From: Isurus oxyrinchus
Lineage: Eukaryota
Direction of reading: 5' to 3'
DNA length: 64,000 nucleotides
Assembly (NCBI GenBank): GCA_026770705.1
Contig: JANJGN010000132.1
Coordinates: 186,001 to 250,000, forward strand
Under the pieces are notes generated by a model that was given only the letters and a program-made list of their open reading frames with translations, had not been told where the DNA came from and ran no database searches. A program made the translations under genes and the position numbers. Numbering within the stretch: position 1 is the stretch's first letter; each line of letters opens with the position of its first letter. Below are positions 10,500 through 25,500 of this stretch, piece by piece.

Positions 10500-12660
10500 G
10501 ACCCGATGATTCATTGCTGTAAAATAGGGGTTTCAGGGTTGTGACCCAGCGACAGTGAAGAAAGAACAATATATTTCCAAGCCAATGTGGTGTTTGGCCT
10601 TGAGGGGAACTTCTAGGTCTTTCCATGGGTCTGTCACACTAGTTCCTCTAGGTGTTAGCAGTCAGGGGCTTGCACAGCACTGTCAAAGAACTGTTGGCGA
10701 GTTGCCACAGTGCATTTCGTAGATGGTGCACACAGCTGTATTTGTGCAGTGGTGCTGGAGGGAATGGGTTTATAAATGCCGGATGGGATGGCCAATCAGG
10801 CGCAATGATTTTTCCTACATGGTGTCTTCCTTCTTCCGAATATAAGAACTAGCATTAGGAGAAGACAATGTGGTTCCTTGGGCCTGCTCTGGAAGTGTTT
10901 TGTTGGAAATTCCCTGATCCAGGCAAGCTGAGATATTCAATCACTTTCCTAAAAATTGCATGGACATTGTGGACAGATTGTGGAGAAACATGAGGTGCGT
11001 CGCTCGCCATACAATGTGCTGCCTCTGACCTTTTCTAGATTCTTCATATATGTTGCTGGTTCAGTTAACTTAATTTACTGCTGTGGCCCCCACAATGTTG
11101 CTGGTGTTGGATTCTGCGATGGTAATGTCAATGAATGACAACGGGAGATGATTAGATTCTCTCTTGATGGAGATGGCCACTGCCTGGCACTTGTAACACG
11201 TTATGTCAATTTCCACTCATCAGCCAAAGGTTTAATATTGTCCAAATGTTTTGTTTTTTTTCTGCATGGAGGCATGAACTGCTTCAGTATCAGAGGAATA
11301 GTGAATGAAGCTGAAAATTGCACCAACATTCATGAACATCACGACTTCTGACATGATTATGGAAATAAGGTCATTGATGAAGTAGCTGAGGATGGCTGGG
11401 CCTAGGACACTTTCCTGAGGAAGTCCAAGAGCGATGCTCTGGTGTGGGGTGTTTGGCCTCCAGCAAAAGCAATTATTTTCCCTTGTGCTAGGTATGACTC
11501 CAATCAGTCCGCTCCCCTTTCCCCCACCCCCCACCCCCCCCCCCCCCCCCCCCCCCCCCCGCCCCACGATTCTCATTGACTTCACTGTTGCTAATGATCC
11601 TTGGTGCCACAATCTGTCAACTGCTACCTTGATGTCAAGGACATTCACTCTCATATTAGAAGTTTAGCTGTTTGCCTTTGTTCAAATCAACAACGTGATG
11701 TAGTCGGGAACTGAAAGGCCCTTGTGAAGCCTAAACTGAGCATTGTTGAGCAGCTTGTTGCTGATGAGCTGCTGTTTGATTGCTCTGTCAATGACACCTT
11801 CCATCAGGTTGCTGCTGGCTGAGAGTAGAATGATTGAGGGTCAATGGGCCACATTGGGTCTGTTCAGCAATTTTTCACCATGTTACAGCTTGATCAGGCT
11901 GATGCCCCATGTTTAGATCTTCTTGTTGCTGCACCTGGCCTGTTCCTCTAAATTCATCATTGAACAATCGTTGATCCCCTGGCTTCATCCTAATGGTAGA
12001 GTGAGGGTTATACATCCCATGACGTGCATATTGTGGGGGGATGAGAATGTTGCTCAAGCTAACGGCCTCACTGATGCACGGTTTTAATTGCCAAATATTC
12101 TCCAAATCTATCGCATTTAGCACGATGATTATGCCACACAACATCGCGGTTCGTGCTCTCAGTCTGAAGATGGGTCTTTGTATCCAAAAGGAAAGTGCGG
12201 TGGACACTCCCATCAGTACTGACGTGGAGAGATGAATCTGTGCCAGGTAGAGTAATGAGCGCCATCCCAAGTAAATTTTCTCTTTGTGTTCTCTCAACAC
12301 CTTCCAGGGGCACGGTCTGGTAGATATGTCCTTCGTAACTCGGCCAGCTCAGTCAGTATTGGTATCGAGCCATTCTTGCTGATGGGCATTGAAGTTCCAT
12401 TTCCTTTTCTGCTCTCAGGGTTTCACCAGAATTGTGTTCAACGTGGAGACGCGCTGATTCATTAGTTGAGGTAGGGGAATAACTCGAATTAGAAAGGAGA
12501 TTTTCCACTGTTGCCTGCTCTGATGCCAGGAAAATTCATGACTCCTGGAGTCAATCTTGAGGACCCCCAGGGGCACTCGTTCCCGACTAATATCCCGCCA
12601 TCACTGGTGGGTCAATCAGGCGTGGGGATATTGATTGGAAGGTATAAACATTGAGCATGA
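10500..12660 (-). mobile_element. Decayed CR1/L2-group LINE (family B) RT region
   Basis: ORF 11232-11654 contains LDIKVAVDRLWH and GLPQESVLGP..YFINDL..SEVVMF; poly-C insertion at 11521-11560. Confidence 0.8.
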
Positions 12661-12684
12661 CTATGTCAGGCGGGTGTTTAGTTT

Positions 12685-13467
12685 TTAAGGTCTAATACAG
12701 GTAGGAATTATACAGTAAATGGCAGAACCCTTCAGTGCATCGACAGGCAGAGGGATCTGGGTGTACAGGTGCACAGGTCACTGAAAGTGGCAACGCAGGT
12801 GGATAAGGTAGTCAGGAAGGCATATGGCAAGCTTGCCTTCATTGGCAGAGGTATTGAGTATAAAAGCTGGGAAATCATGCTGCAGCTGTATAGAACCTTG
12901 GTTAGACTACACTTGGAATATTGCGTGCAATTCTGGTCGCCACATTACCAGAAGGATATGGAGGCATTGGAGAGGGTGCAGAGGAGGTTTACCAGGATGC
13001 TGCCTGGTCTGAAGGTTATTAGGTATGAGGAGAGGTTGGAGAAACTCGGATTGTTCTGACTGGAGGGACTGAGATTGAGGGGCGGCTTGATAGAAGTTTA
13101 CAAAATTATGAGTGACATGGACAGAGTAAATAGTCAGAAGCTTTTTCCCAGGGTGGGAGATTCAATTACTAGGGGACATAGATTGAAGGTGAGAGGAGAA
13201 AAACTATAGAGATGTGCGGGGCAAGTTTTTTACGCAGAGGGTAGTGAGTGTCTGGAATTCGCTGCCAGAGGAGATGGTGGAAGCAGGTACGATAGTGGTG
13301 TTTAAGAGGCAGCTTGACAAATACATGAATAGGATGGGAATAGAGGGATACGGACCCCGGAAGTGCAATATGTTTTATTGACGGGCAATATGATGGGCGC
13401 AGGCTTGGTGGGCCGAAGGGCCTGTTCCTGTGCTGTACTTTTCTTTGTTCTTTTTTGTTCTTCTTCT
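12685..13467 (+). mobile_element. Young 5'-truncated CR1 LINE 3' end
   Basis: ORF QVDKVVRKAYGKLAFIGRGIEYKS..LYRTLVRLHLEYCVQFWSPHY..LERVQRRFTRMLPGL, then the tail GGGCCGAAGGGCCTGTTCCTGTGCTGTA plus TTCT repeats. Confidence 0.92.
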
Positions 13468-13979
13468 TGTGTTTCCGCCAGCCTGCGTTCCGTGTTTCTC
13501 AATGTGGTAGATGTCCACAGAAGATCGTTCAGAGAATTTTATACAGTTAATTGGACTGCCTGTGTCTTTGCCTGTGCCTCGGTTGATGCCGTCTGGCTTT
13601 ACTGACTGTGCTCAGGTTGATGATTCTCGTGGCCGTTTAATAAAAATGACTGCACACTGAGAATGTTTAGAGGGAGATTCAAAGTTACCACCTTGCTCTT
13701 CATCTGGAGTCCCTTTGGGAAAAAAACATGTAAGGTTGGGGGGGTGGGGGGTGGTGGTGGGGGGGTGGGGGGGGTGGGGGAATGTATTTCCGAAACGTAC
13801 CTTTATATGTCAGCTGTGTTTTGATGAGTCTGGGAGATGCACGTTTCCCATTACTGATATTGAGGGCACTTTTAATAGTTCAGATGTACAAAATTAACTA
13901 CGTTTAAATTCCAAAAAGCTTTGTTGAAATTTGACCTCATATAATATCTGTTTGTGTTACATAAGGCGGTTTCTCAGTT

Positions 13980-15480
13980 ATTGATGCGCTATACTGTTTA
14001 TGTTTATATTTCATAGAACTTGTCCCTGTTTTTAATGTACTGGACCATGTTTAAGTTTATTTTAACCAGGCTCTGTTTCAGTTATTACTGCACTGGAGCA
14101 ACTTACCATTTAAATTATACCAGGCCCTATCTCTGGTTACATTACACTGGATCCTAACTCAGGCACGACCTGGCTGTAGCTCTGCCACAGATTCACAGAA
14201 TCACAGTGCAGAAGAGGCCCTTCGGCCCATCGAGTCTGCACCGGCACGTGAGAAACACCTGACCTACCTACCTAATCACATTTACCAGCACTTGGCCCAT
14301 AGCCTTGAAAGTTATGACGTCCCAAGTACTCATCACTAGCCCAGAGGCCCAGGCTCATCTTCTGGGGACATGGATTCAAATCCCACCACAGCAGCTGGCG
14401 GAATTTAAATGCGATTGAGACAAGAGCCGTTCGGAAGCTGGGAATTCTGCAAATACCTGTCCACAAACTACAAGGCACATGTCAGGAGTGTGGTGGAATA
14501 TTCCCCAATTCTCCGGGCAACAAGGGCAGCAGAAGCACAGGAACAACAATGGAAAGTCCCTGTTTCTTCACTATCCTTGGGTCCAAATCATACAACTCCC
14601 TTCCTAGAAGCACTGTGGGTGTCCCTACAGCACGTGGACTGCAGCAGTACAAGAGGTTTGCTCACTAACACCCTCTCAAGGGCAATTGTTTTTGGCTATT
14701 GAATGTTGGTTCAGCTGGAAACGCACAAATCCCATGAATGAATAAAAAAATGGAAATGGAACTGGATCGTTACAATTTTCATTGCTATAAACGCATCTGG
14801 TTCACTAATGAACATTCGGTGAAGTAAATATGCATCCTTCCCCAGTCTAGCCTAAATGTGACTCCAGGCCCACAGCACGTGGTTCACTCCTAACTATCCT
14901 CCGACTCTGAAAATGTCTAGCCAGATATTCAGTTCCAGGACAGCGGAGCATGGGGGGAAATGCTGGCCGTGTCAGAGACGCTCACATCTCCTGGGTGAAT
15001 AGAGAGAAATAAATACTTCAGCCTAGTGAATGATTAAAAACAACATTTGTTAAAGTACTCCCTACTGTGTTTCCATGTATATTGTACATAATTATTCCAG
15101 GAACTCTGTTTTATAAAGCATTTGAAGGTCGCAGAGAGGATGAAGAGGAGATTGATCCGAATGTTAATAGACCTTGAAGATCTTGAATCGTTTTCCTTAG
15201 AATAGAAGATGTTAAGAGGGGCTTTGATCGAGGTATTTAAGATCATGAAAGGTGTTGATACATAATGACTGGGTCATGCCTTCCTTTAAATTACACAGGA
15301 CTCTGTCTCAGATCGCAGTGCAAAAGACCTCGTCTCAATTCATGTTTTACACTAGGCCCTGTTGGAGTAAGTAATTGAACTGATGCATACATCTCTTCAC
15401 ATTATACAAGACCATCTCCCTGTTTGTATCATACGAGCCACCGAAAAGGTTATTTAGCATTAAACTGTCTATATTACGCT
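13980..15480 (+). repeat. Diverged 27-bp satellite block, interrupted by CR1, SINE and LINE pieces at ~14190-15270
   Basis: Variants of GACCCTGTCTCAGTT(T)AT..(TA)CACT recur. Confidence 0.6.
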
Positions 15481-16049
15481 AGATGTTGTGTATCTCAGTC
15501 TCTCTATCTGTCAACCCATCTAGCTGCGTACCTGTCTGTTTGGCGGTCAGTCTATCTATCTATATTTCGAACCATCCATCCAGCAATTTCAGATCATCTA
15601 TTATCGTTAACATTTCTTGATGCTGACGTCTTTTTCGAGCTCTTGTGTGGAAAATGCCTATTTAGATTCCAAAGTGAGTTTAGCTGCGCTCAGAATTCAG
15701 TTCGAAAGTGGATTAAATCACATGGTGAATAAAGGACATCTACCCACCATTCTCTCTGTTTGTTGACAAGTGATCATTTGTGCGTCACTGGAGTGTGTAA
15801 GAGGCGGTGAAAATGCAACTGTACCTCTACCTGACGTGAGCATAATAAATCTGTAATTCTCTCACTTGGAATGGAATGTAACACATCCCACTCTCAATGA
15901 AATTCAATTAAAAAAAAATGTTTCTGTTTCCATTGTTTTGTGCTGCGCGTTAACTTCACTATTTCCTCACCAGTTTCCAATACGTTTGCCATGATACAAT
16001 TCAATGTTTACTGGCGTGGGTAAAGTGTTAGCTTAACAGAAACATGGTA

Positions 16050-16530
16050 TAGGGCAGTAATAACTGAGAAAGGGCCCACTGTAAAATATAAAGAGATATA
16101 TTTTCCAGTGCAATTTTAACAGAAACAATAATGTAAAACATAATAAATGGAGACAGGTTCCAATGCAGTAACAACAGAGACAGGATCCAGGGTAATATTA
16201 ACACATACATGTTCTAGTATAGTAATAACTGAGACGTGGTCGAGTGCAACATATAGAGACACGGTGTATGGTTCACTAATAACTGAAACAGAGCGTTATA
16301 TAATATAAATAGCGAAATGCTCTAATGTAATAATAACTGATTCGGGGGCCAGCCTGAAACAGAGGCTTGATTAGCACAGAGTTAATTGTGTCAGAGCCTA
16401 GTGTAATAAAAATACAAATACCAGATTATGCATCCATAAATTTCACAGGTTTCAGCAAAACTAAAACTGTGACTTGAACTCAAAGAGTAATAATTGAGGC
16501 AGGATCTGGTGTAATATAAAGGGAACCAGT
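16050..16530 (-). repeat. Diverged 27-bp satellite block, inverted
   Basis: Variants of AGTAATAACTGAGACAGGG and TAATATAAA. Confidence 0.65.
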
Positions 16531-17069
16531 TGCTAGCGAAACATTTCTCCTCATCGCCCTTTTACAAATCTGCCAATATATATATTTTTCTTGAAGCTAT
16601 GATCACTGGATATTGACACAATGAACAGAAGGAATTGGTGTTCTCTGCTAATTCTCTCAAAACTTCTCATCATCTTGGAAAAAGCGTTTAGGTTTCTGCT
16701 TAATCTTCTTTATCACAAGCAGAATGCTGCCAATTTGTCCAATTTATTGTTGTTACTAAAGACCCTGATCCTTGTTAACAAACTGGTTACCTTCCTCTGT
16801 ATACTTTGAGACCTCAACACACTTCATAGCATCTGAAACTCATAGATTTGTGCAGCACAGAAATAGGCCATTGCGCACCCCCTAACCATAATGGCCTGAA
16901 ATGATCTATCAAGTCATAGCCCACTTCCTAGCTTTGTGCCAGGGCCCTTGGGGCTACAGTACTTCAAGTGAACATCCAAATATATTTTGACATGTGTTGA
17001 GGGATTCGGTCTAGAACACCATTTCATGCACTGAGTCCAACACCATTAGACACTCCTAAGGATAGACAG

Positions 17070-17350
17070 TTCAGATGCAGAGTAAAGCTACCTCTACATC
17101 GGTAAATTCCGGGGTGAGGCAGAGTAAAGGTCTCTCTAAACTACCCCACCAAACATTCTCAGGACATGGATAGACAAAGGTCCCTCTACATGATTCGATC
17201 GAATGCTCCCAAGAATGGTACAGCAGTATCAGATGCAGAAAAAAGATCCCTCTACAATTTCCCATATACTATTCACAGGAAGGCATAGGAATGTTAATTT
17301 GCAGAGGAGTGCTCCCTATAGATTGTCCCATTAAATACTCCCATGTTGTT
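17070..17350 (+). repeat. Short array of a ~70-bp repeat (GATGCAGAGTAAAGCTCCCTCTACA...ACTCCCAGG)
   Basis: Four to five diverged units are visible. Confidence 0.65.
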
Positions 17351-18579
17351 GAGTGAACCAGAAACATTTTAGAGTTAAGTTCCTTCTGCGAACAGCCATC
17401 TATTTCGTTAAAAGTCAAAGAATAGGGGTGAGATTAATCTTTGGTAAGATACTGACTTCACGTTATGAGTTACAGACGCTGACAGATTAATGAGAGGCCA
17501 GACACGCCCGGGATAGGGGAGAAAGGGAGACTGAGCGGGATAGAATGCAGGAAACTCCGCAAACACATTTTCAATGCTTCTGTATACCGGATCAAAGGAC
17601 GCTTCGCCAGTTTTGAACACAAAAAACATCTTTATGTTGTTATCTCATAACTTATAGAAATCTTCCAAATATCAATCATTATGGAATCCTTTGTGTGATT
17701 TGCATTTCTCTCTGTTGTTATTTCTATGTTCTGTTGGTGGGGAAACATCTATTGTATTTCCGACGCTCAATGTTCTATTCTGAGGTGTCGATTTCTGTGT
17801 TTATTTACATAACCGCCTCACTAGTTGCGAAGTGGTGTTCATGGCAGCAGAATCAGATCAACAGTCACTTAATGATTATGTTCAGCTCAAAACAAGTTTA
17901 TTTTAAGAATATTCACAGATGGTATAAGAATTGAACACAATTTTCAGAAAACCAATTGGTACAGATGTTACTTATTTTAAACAATAGAAGCCATTAAATT
18001 TAAGAAAAAATGTTTCTGGAAATTCTGCTGCTTAAATCAATTAAACATTTCTGAGCAGCCTAATATTATACTGAATATCGATTGGTGAAAGGATTAACCC
18101 CTTTCACATAAACATGTTTAAATAATGAACAGAGAAATGACCTTTAATCACATTCTTCTCAGACTTTCTAACACATAACCATATATGTTTTGACATGTTC
18201 ACTTTTAGTAAAAACTCGGTGTTTATACAGTACATTTCACCATCTCAGGAGGTCCCAAATCACATATCTCATTAATCTCATTGATGTAACTTATTTCGAA
18301 TTATAATCTCTTGTGTCACGTTAGAACTACAGGAGGCAATTTGTGCACAGGAAGCTCCCACCAACAGAGATGTAATAAAAGCCCAGATCACCTGTTTATT
18401 ACTGATATTAGTTGCGCATTAGGTATTGGTCTAGGATACCCCTAGTGTAAAATAGTGTCAGCGGAGAATGATGCTGAGTATTTCCAGATTTTGTGGCCTT
18501 ATTTTACATTGAGAGCGTCCGTAATAGTTTACAAAGCTTTGACCGTTGTTTATATTTGTTCTTTTGTTGTGAACGTCGA

Positions 18580-19010
18580 AAGCAACGCCAGCCTTAACTG
18601 TCCATCCACAAGTACCCTTGAGAAGGTGGCGGGGAGCCGACATCTTGAACAGCTGACGTTTGTGCCGTGCGCCTCTTATTTGACTTTCCAAGAAGTGCTT
18701 TGACCCAACTAAATGGCCTTCTGGACCATTCCAAGGGCCGTTAAGATTCAACCAAGTTGTTGTGGGGCTGCAGCCTCACGTCGGCCAGGCTGGTAAGAGT
18801 TCGTCCCCGAATCACATCAGTGAACCAGCTGCAACTTCATGACAATTAGGTTCGATTCTTAATGCAATGAGTAATGTTAATCCAGTTTCGGTTTTAATGA
18901 ATTAAATGAATGGAAATCCCGCCAGCTGCCGTCGTGGGGTTTAAATCATGTCTCTGAAGCATTTCTGATCTTCTCTGTATTACCAGCCCAGTGAATTACC
19001 TCGATCCCTA
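18580..19010 (-). mobile_element. SINE sharing its 3' tail with LINE family B
   Basis: Homologous to the copies at 48240-48620 (-) and 50860-51500 (+, two in tandem). Confidence 0.6.
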
Positions 19011-22000
19011 AGACTGAGATGACATTACCATCGCCATATCTGAATGATCATTCCACTGACCATGCTTCAAACCTGCAGTTGTGGCTCTGCATAAATTCAT
19101 ATGGAATCGAAACGTTAACTCTGTTTCTCTCCCCTCAGACCCTGCCAGGCCTGCTGCGTCTTTACAGCACTTTTTGTTTTTTGTTCAGTAGTGGTTACCG
19201 TCCATGTAGGAGAGCCACTAATGCAAGGCATTGGACATGTTGCAATTGCTATTTTGAAATTATAGCATTTGGTTCTATGTATATAAAGTTCAGGAGCAGG
19301 CTCCAGTCTTACACACATCAATTTAGTTGTAAGGGATCCGTTGCCTTGTAGCCCGGTATCTTAGCCTAACCCTGTTGTAACAGTGCACTTTATTTCCATT
19401 GGCCCCATATAACAGTGTCAACGATTGTTAAATGCCAATTTCGAAGTAACAAGACAGAGGATTTCCTGGAACTTAAGTTTGCACTGCCCCTCACTCTCTG
19501 CACAACAAAAAACTGGGATTGCTCTCCTCATCAACGAGAATCTTAGGATAGGTTTATCAGAAATGGTCCAACGTGTGAGGGATGTTTTTCAATATTTAGG
19601 GAGAAGCTGTTCCACTGGCAAATGGATCAGTGATGCTGGGGCTTATGTCAATTCGATATTAATACACTTATTATATTGCGCTATAAGATGTTTCTAATGA
19701 TGTAACACTAAACCCTATCTCTCTGTATATTACACTAGTTTATGTATTAATTATAACTGCATTACTCTCTGTCCCTCTCAATACTCCACAAAGAGCTGCA
19801 TCAATTGCTTCCACACGAGATTTATCCCTGGTTGACTTAGACTCGGTGCTGTGTCAGAGATTATTGCTTTATGCCCTGCTTCAGTTTTATTAAATTGGGC
19901 CCAGTAGCAGTAATCCTGTTCTGTAACAGTTGATATTAATCTAGGCCGTTTACCAGTAATTACTGCACTAGACCCTCCGTCTCTTTATATGAATACAGAC
20001 TTTGTATCAGTAATCACTGTAATAAACCCTGCCTAAGTGGATATTATCAATATCTTGTATCAGTAACCACTGAAAGAGACCCTGTCTCAGTTTATATTAA
20101 TACAAACCCTGTATTAGCAATCACTGTAAGAGACCCTGTCTCAGTTGATAGTAATCAATACCTTGTATCAGTAATCCCTGTAAAAACCCTGACACACTTT
20201 ATATCAATATAGACTTTGTCTTGTCAATCACTGGTATAGACCCTGTCTCAGTTAATATCAGCCCAGACCATGTATTGGTAATCAATGTAATAGACCCGGT
20301 CTCAGTTTATGTTAATCAATACCATGCATCAGTAATCACTTTAATACAACCAGTCTCAGTTTATATTAATCCATGCATTGTATCAACATTCACTGTAAAA
20401 ACCCTTTCTAGGTTTATATAAATACAGACATTGTATTGGTGAATGCTATAATAGAGCCTGTCTCAAATTATATTAACCAATAACCTATTTCAGTATTCAC
20501 TGTAATACAGATTGCCTCAGTTTATATTAATCCATGTTTTGTATCAGTAAGCACTGAAAGAGACTGTCTCAGTTTATATTATACAAACCTTGTATTAGTA
20601 ATCACTGTAAGAGACCCTGTCTCAGTTGATAGTAATCAATACCTTGTATCAGTAATCCCTGTAAACACCCTGGCACTCTTTATATCAATATAGACCATGT
20701 ATTGGTAATCACTGTAATAGAACCTGTCTCAGTTTATGTTAATCCATGCCTTGTATCAATAACCACTGCAAAATACCCTTTCTCAATTTATATAACTACA
20801 GATATTTTATTGGTAATTTCTGTAATAGAGGCTGTCTCAGTTTATAATAACCCATAACCTGTTTCAGTATTCACTATAATACATACTGTCTCCGTTTATA
20901 TTAACCAATGTCTTATAACAGTAAGCACTGAAAGAGACCCTGTCTCAGTTTTTATTAATACAAACCTTGTATTAGTAATCACCATAAGAGACCCTGCCTC
21001 AGTTGATAGTAATCAATACCTTGTATCAGTAATCCCTGTAACAACCCTGACACACTTTATATCAATATAGACCTTGTCTTGTTAATCACTGGAATAGACC
21101 CTGTCTCAGTTAATATCAGCCCAGACCATGTATTGGTTATCACTGTAATAGACCCTGTCTCAGTTTATGTTAATCAATACCATGTATCAGCAATCACTAT
21201 AATAGACCCAGTCTCAGTTTATATTAATCCATGCCTTGAATCAATAATCACTGCAAAATACCCTTTCTCAGTTTATATATTCACAGATATTGTATTGGTG
21301 AATGCTGTAATAGAGCCTGTCTCAGTTTATATTAATCCATAACCTGTATCAGTATTCACAGTAATACACACTGTCTCCATTTATATTAATCCATGCCTTG
21401 TATCAGTATTCACTTGAACTGACACTGTCGCTGTTTATATTAATGCAGATATTGTACTGGTAATCACTTCAATAGGCCTTGTCTCAGTTTATAATAACCT
21501 GCAACCTGTATCAGTAATCATTGTAATAGACTCTGTGTAAGCTTAAATTAATTGAGACCATTTATCAGTAACCACTGTAACTGAGCCTGTCTCAGTTTAT
21601 ATTAATCTAGGCCCTGTATCATTAATTAATGTAATTGACCCATTCTCAGTTTATATTAATGCAGGCCTTATGTCGGTAACCACATTAATTGATCCTTTCC
21701 AGTTTATCTTAATCCATACCATGTATCAGTAATCACTGTACTAGACCCAGTCTCAGTTTATATTAATCCAGAACTGTATCAGTAATTATTGTACTAGACC
21801 CAGTCTCAGTTTATATTAATCCAGAACCTGTATCAGTGATCATTGTACTGTACCGAGTTTCAGATTATATCAATACAGACCCTCTGGCAGTATTCACTAT
21901 AAAACGTGCTGTCTCAGTTTACACCAGTCCAGACCTTGCATCATTAACACTGTAACAGAACCTGTCTCAGTTTATATTAATCTAGACCCTGTATCAGTAA

Positions 22001-22337
22001 TCACTGTGATAGACCCTGCACCAGTTGCTATTAATCCATATGTTGCATCAGTAACCACTGAAAGAGACCTTGCCTCACTTGATATTAATCCATACATTTT
22101 ATCAGCAATCACTGAAAGTGATTCTGCCTTACCTTATATTAACACAGACCTTGTATCAGTGTTCAATGTAATGGACCCTGTCTCAGTGTATATTAACCTA
22201 GGCCCTGCATCAGAAATTACTGTACTACACCCAGTATCAGATTATATCAATTCAGACCCTGTATCAGTAGTCGCAGTAATACACCCTGTCTCAATTTAGA
22301 CCAGCCCAGACCTTGTATCAGTAAGCACTGTAATAGA

Positions 22338-22562
22338 TAAAAAACAAAAAACTGCGGATGCTGGAAATCCAAAACAAAAACAGAATTACCTAGAAAAACT
22401 CAGCAGGTCTGGCAGCATCGGCAGAGAAGAAAAGCGTTGATGTTTCGAGTCCTCATGGAAAGATGATCCTAGGATTCACCCAGTTCTGTTGAAGGGTCAT
22501 GAGGACTCGAAGTGTCAACTCTTTTCTTCTCCGCCGATGTTGCCAGACCTGCTGAGTTTTTT
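22338..22562. mobile_element. Penelope-like palindromic terminal-repeat insertion with 12-bp target-site duplication
   Basis: ~64-bp inverted repeats at 22394-22457 and 22498-22561. CACTGTAATAGA is duplicated at 22326-22337 and 22563-22574. A related fragment lies at ~19095-19185. Confidence 0.7.
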
Positions 22563-25500
22563 CACTGTAATAGACTCTGTCTCATACTATATTAACCCAT
22601 GCCTTGTATCAGTAACCACTGTAATGGACCCTGCCTCAATTGATATTAATCCATACCTTGTATCAGTAAACACTGAAAGAGACCCTGCCTCAGTTTATAT
22701 TAATACAGGCCATGTACAGTAATCAGTGAAATAGACCCTTTGTACATCTATTGTAATCCATATATTGTAAAAGTAATCATTGATATAGGCCTTACCTCAG
22801 TTTATATTAATCTAGGTCCTGTATTAGTAATTACTGACCCTACCTCAATTGATGTTAATCCATGCCTTGTATCAGTAACCACTAAAAGAGACCCTATCTC
22901 CATTTATATTAATACAGACATTTTATCATTAGTCACTGTGTAAGATGCTCTTTCGGTTTATTTCAATCCATACATTGTAACAGTAATCACTGTAACAGAC
23001 CCTCTCTGTTGATATTAATCAATGACCACTGAAGTAGACTGTGGCTCAGTTTATATCAATACAGGCCTTGTGTTGGTAATCACTGTAATAGAACATGTCT
23101 CTGCTAATCTTAATACATACTATGTATCAGTAATCATTGTAATACACTCTGTCTCAGTATATATTATCCTCATAACCAGCATTAGTAATCACTGCAATAG
23201 ACCCTGTCTCAGTTGTTATGAATCCATAACTTGTATCAGTAGTCACTGTAATAAACCCTGTCTCAGATTATATAAATAGATACCCTGTATCAATGATCAC
23301 TGTAATAGGCCCTGCCTCAGTTGAAATTAATCCATACCTTGTATCAGCAAACAATGTTAGTGACCCTGTCTCACTTTACATTAACACAGACCTTGTCTCA
23401 GTAATCAGTGTAAAAGACCCTGACTCAGTTTACTTCAATCCATACATTGTTGCACTGCAACAGACCCTATCTGTGTTGTTATTACTTAATACCTTGAATC
23501 AGTGATCACTGAAGTAGACCCTAACTCAGTTTATATTAATACAGACCTTGTCTTGGTAATGGCTGGAATAGTCTGTATCTCAGTTTATATCAATTCAGGT
23601 CTTGTATTGGTAATCACTGCAATACATTCTGTCTCAGTTTCTTTTAATCCATACCATGTATCAATAATAAATTTAACAGACCTTGTCTCACTTTATTTTA
23701 ATCCACATCTTGTATCAGTAATCACTGTAATGGACCATGTCTCATTTTATATTAATACAGGCCTTGTATCATTAATGACTGTAAAAGACCCTATCTCAGT
23801 TTATATCAATCCAAATATTTTACCAATAACCACTGTAACTGACCCTGTCTCAGTTGATATTAATCAATACCTTGTATCAGTAATCACTGAAGTAGATGCT
23901 GACTAAATCTATATTAGACAGACCTAATCTTGATAATGACTGGAATAGACCCTGTCTCAATTTATATCAATCCAGACCTTGTATTATTAATCACTGAAAG
24001 AGGCACGGTCTCTATTTACCTGAATCAAGACCATGTATCAGTAAGAACTTTAACAGATACTGTCGCAGTTTATTTTAATCCATGCCATGTATCAGTAATT
24101 ACTGTAATAATACCTGTCTCATTTTTTATTAATCCATACCATGTATCAGTAATCACTGTAATGGACCGTGTCTCAGTTTACATTATTCCAGGCCCTGTAT
24201 CAGTAATCACTGTAATAGATCCTGTCTCAGTTTATATTAATACTGACCTTGTCTCATTAATCACTGTAAAAGACCCTGTCTCAGTTTAATTCAATCCATG
24301 CATTGCAACATTTATCATTGCAACAGACCCTGTCTCCATTGAAATTAATCAATACCTTGTGTCAGTAATCACTGAAGTAGGCCCTGACTCAGTTTAGATC
24401 AATCAAAGCCTTTTATTGGCAACCACTGTAATAGAGCCTGCCTCTGTTTTAATTAATCCAGACTCTGTATCCGTAAGCATTGTAAGAGACCCTGTCTCAG
24501 TTTATTTTAATTCATACCATATAACAATAATCACTGTAGTAGGCCTTTTCTCAGTTCATATTAATACAGACCCTGTATCAGGAATCACTGTAATAGGCTC
24601 TATCTCAATTGATATGAATCCATATCTTGTATCAGTGTAAACACTGCAATATACCCTGTCTCAGATTATATTAATCCAAAACTTGTATCAGTAATCAATG
24701 CAATAGACTATGTCTCTGTTTATGGTAATGCAGGCCTTGAATCAGTAATCAGTGTAATAGACCCTGTCTCAGTTCATATCAATACGGACATTGCATTGGT
24801 AATTACTGTAATAGCACCTGTCTCAGTTTATATTAATCGATAACTTGTATCATTACTCACTGAAATAGACACTGTCCTGAGTCCATATTAATGTAGATCC
24901 AATATCAATAATCATTCTGATTGACAGTGTATCCACTTATATTAATCTAGACCCTGTATCAATAATCAGTGTAATAGACCCTGTCTCAGTTTATATTGAT
25001 ACCGACCGTGAAGTAGTAATTAGTCTAATAGATGCTGACTCAGTTTATATTAATCTCGACCCTGTATCAAAAATCATTGTAGTCGACCTTGTTTCAGTTT
25101 ATATTAATCTAGATCCTGTATTAGCAATCACTGTAATAGACCCTATCTCAGTTGATATTAATCCATGCCTTGCATCTGTAATCACTGTATTAGGTCTTCT
25201 CTCAGTTTATATTAAGCTTGATCCTGTATCACTAATCATTATAATAGGTGCTGTCTCAGTTGATATTAATCAAAACCTTGAATCAGTAATCACTGATGCT
25301 GACCCTGACTTAGTTTATATCAATACAGACCTTCTATTGGTAATCACAGTAATATACCCTGTCTCAGTTTATATTAATTCAGATCTTGTATAGGTAATTA
25401 CTCTAATAGACCCTGCCTCAGTTTATATTAATCTAGACCCTGTATCAGAAATCAATGTAACAGACCCGGTCTGAGTTTATTTTAATCCATACCATATATG

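Noticed and set aside
11434-11667. Proline-rich and glycine-rich ORFs
   Set aside because: Produced by a poly-C tract within a dead LINE
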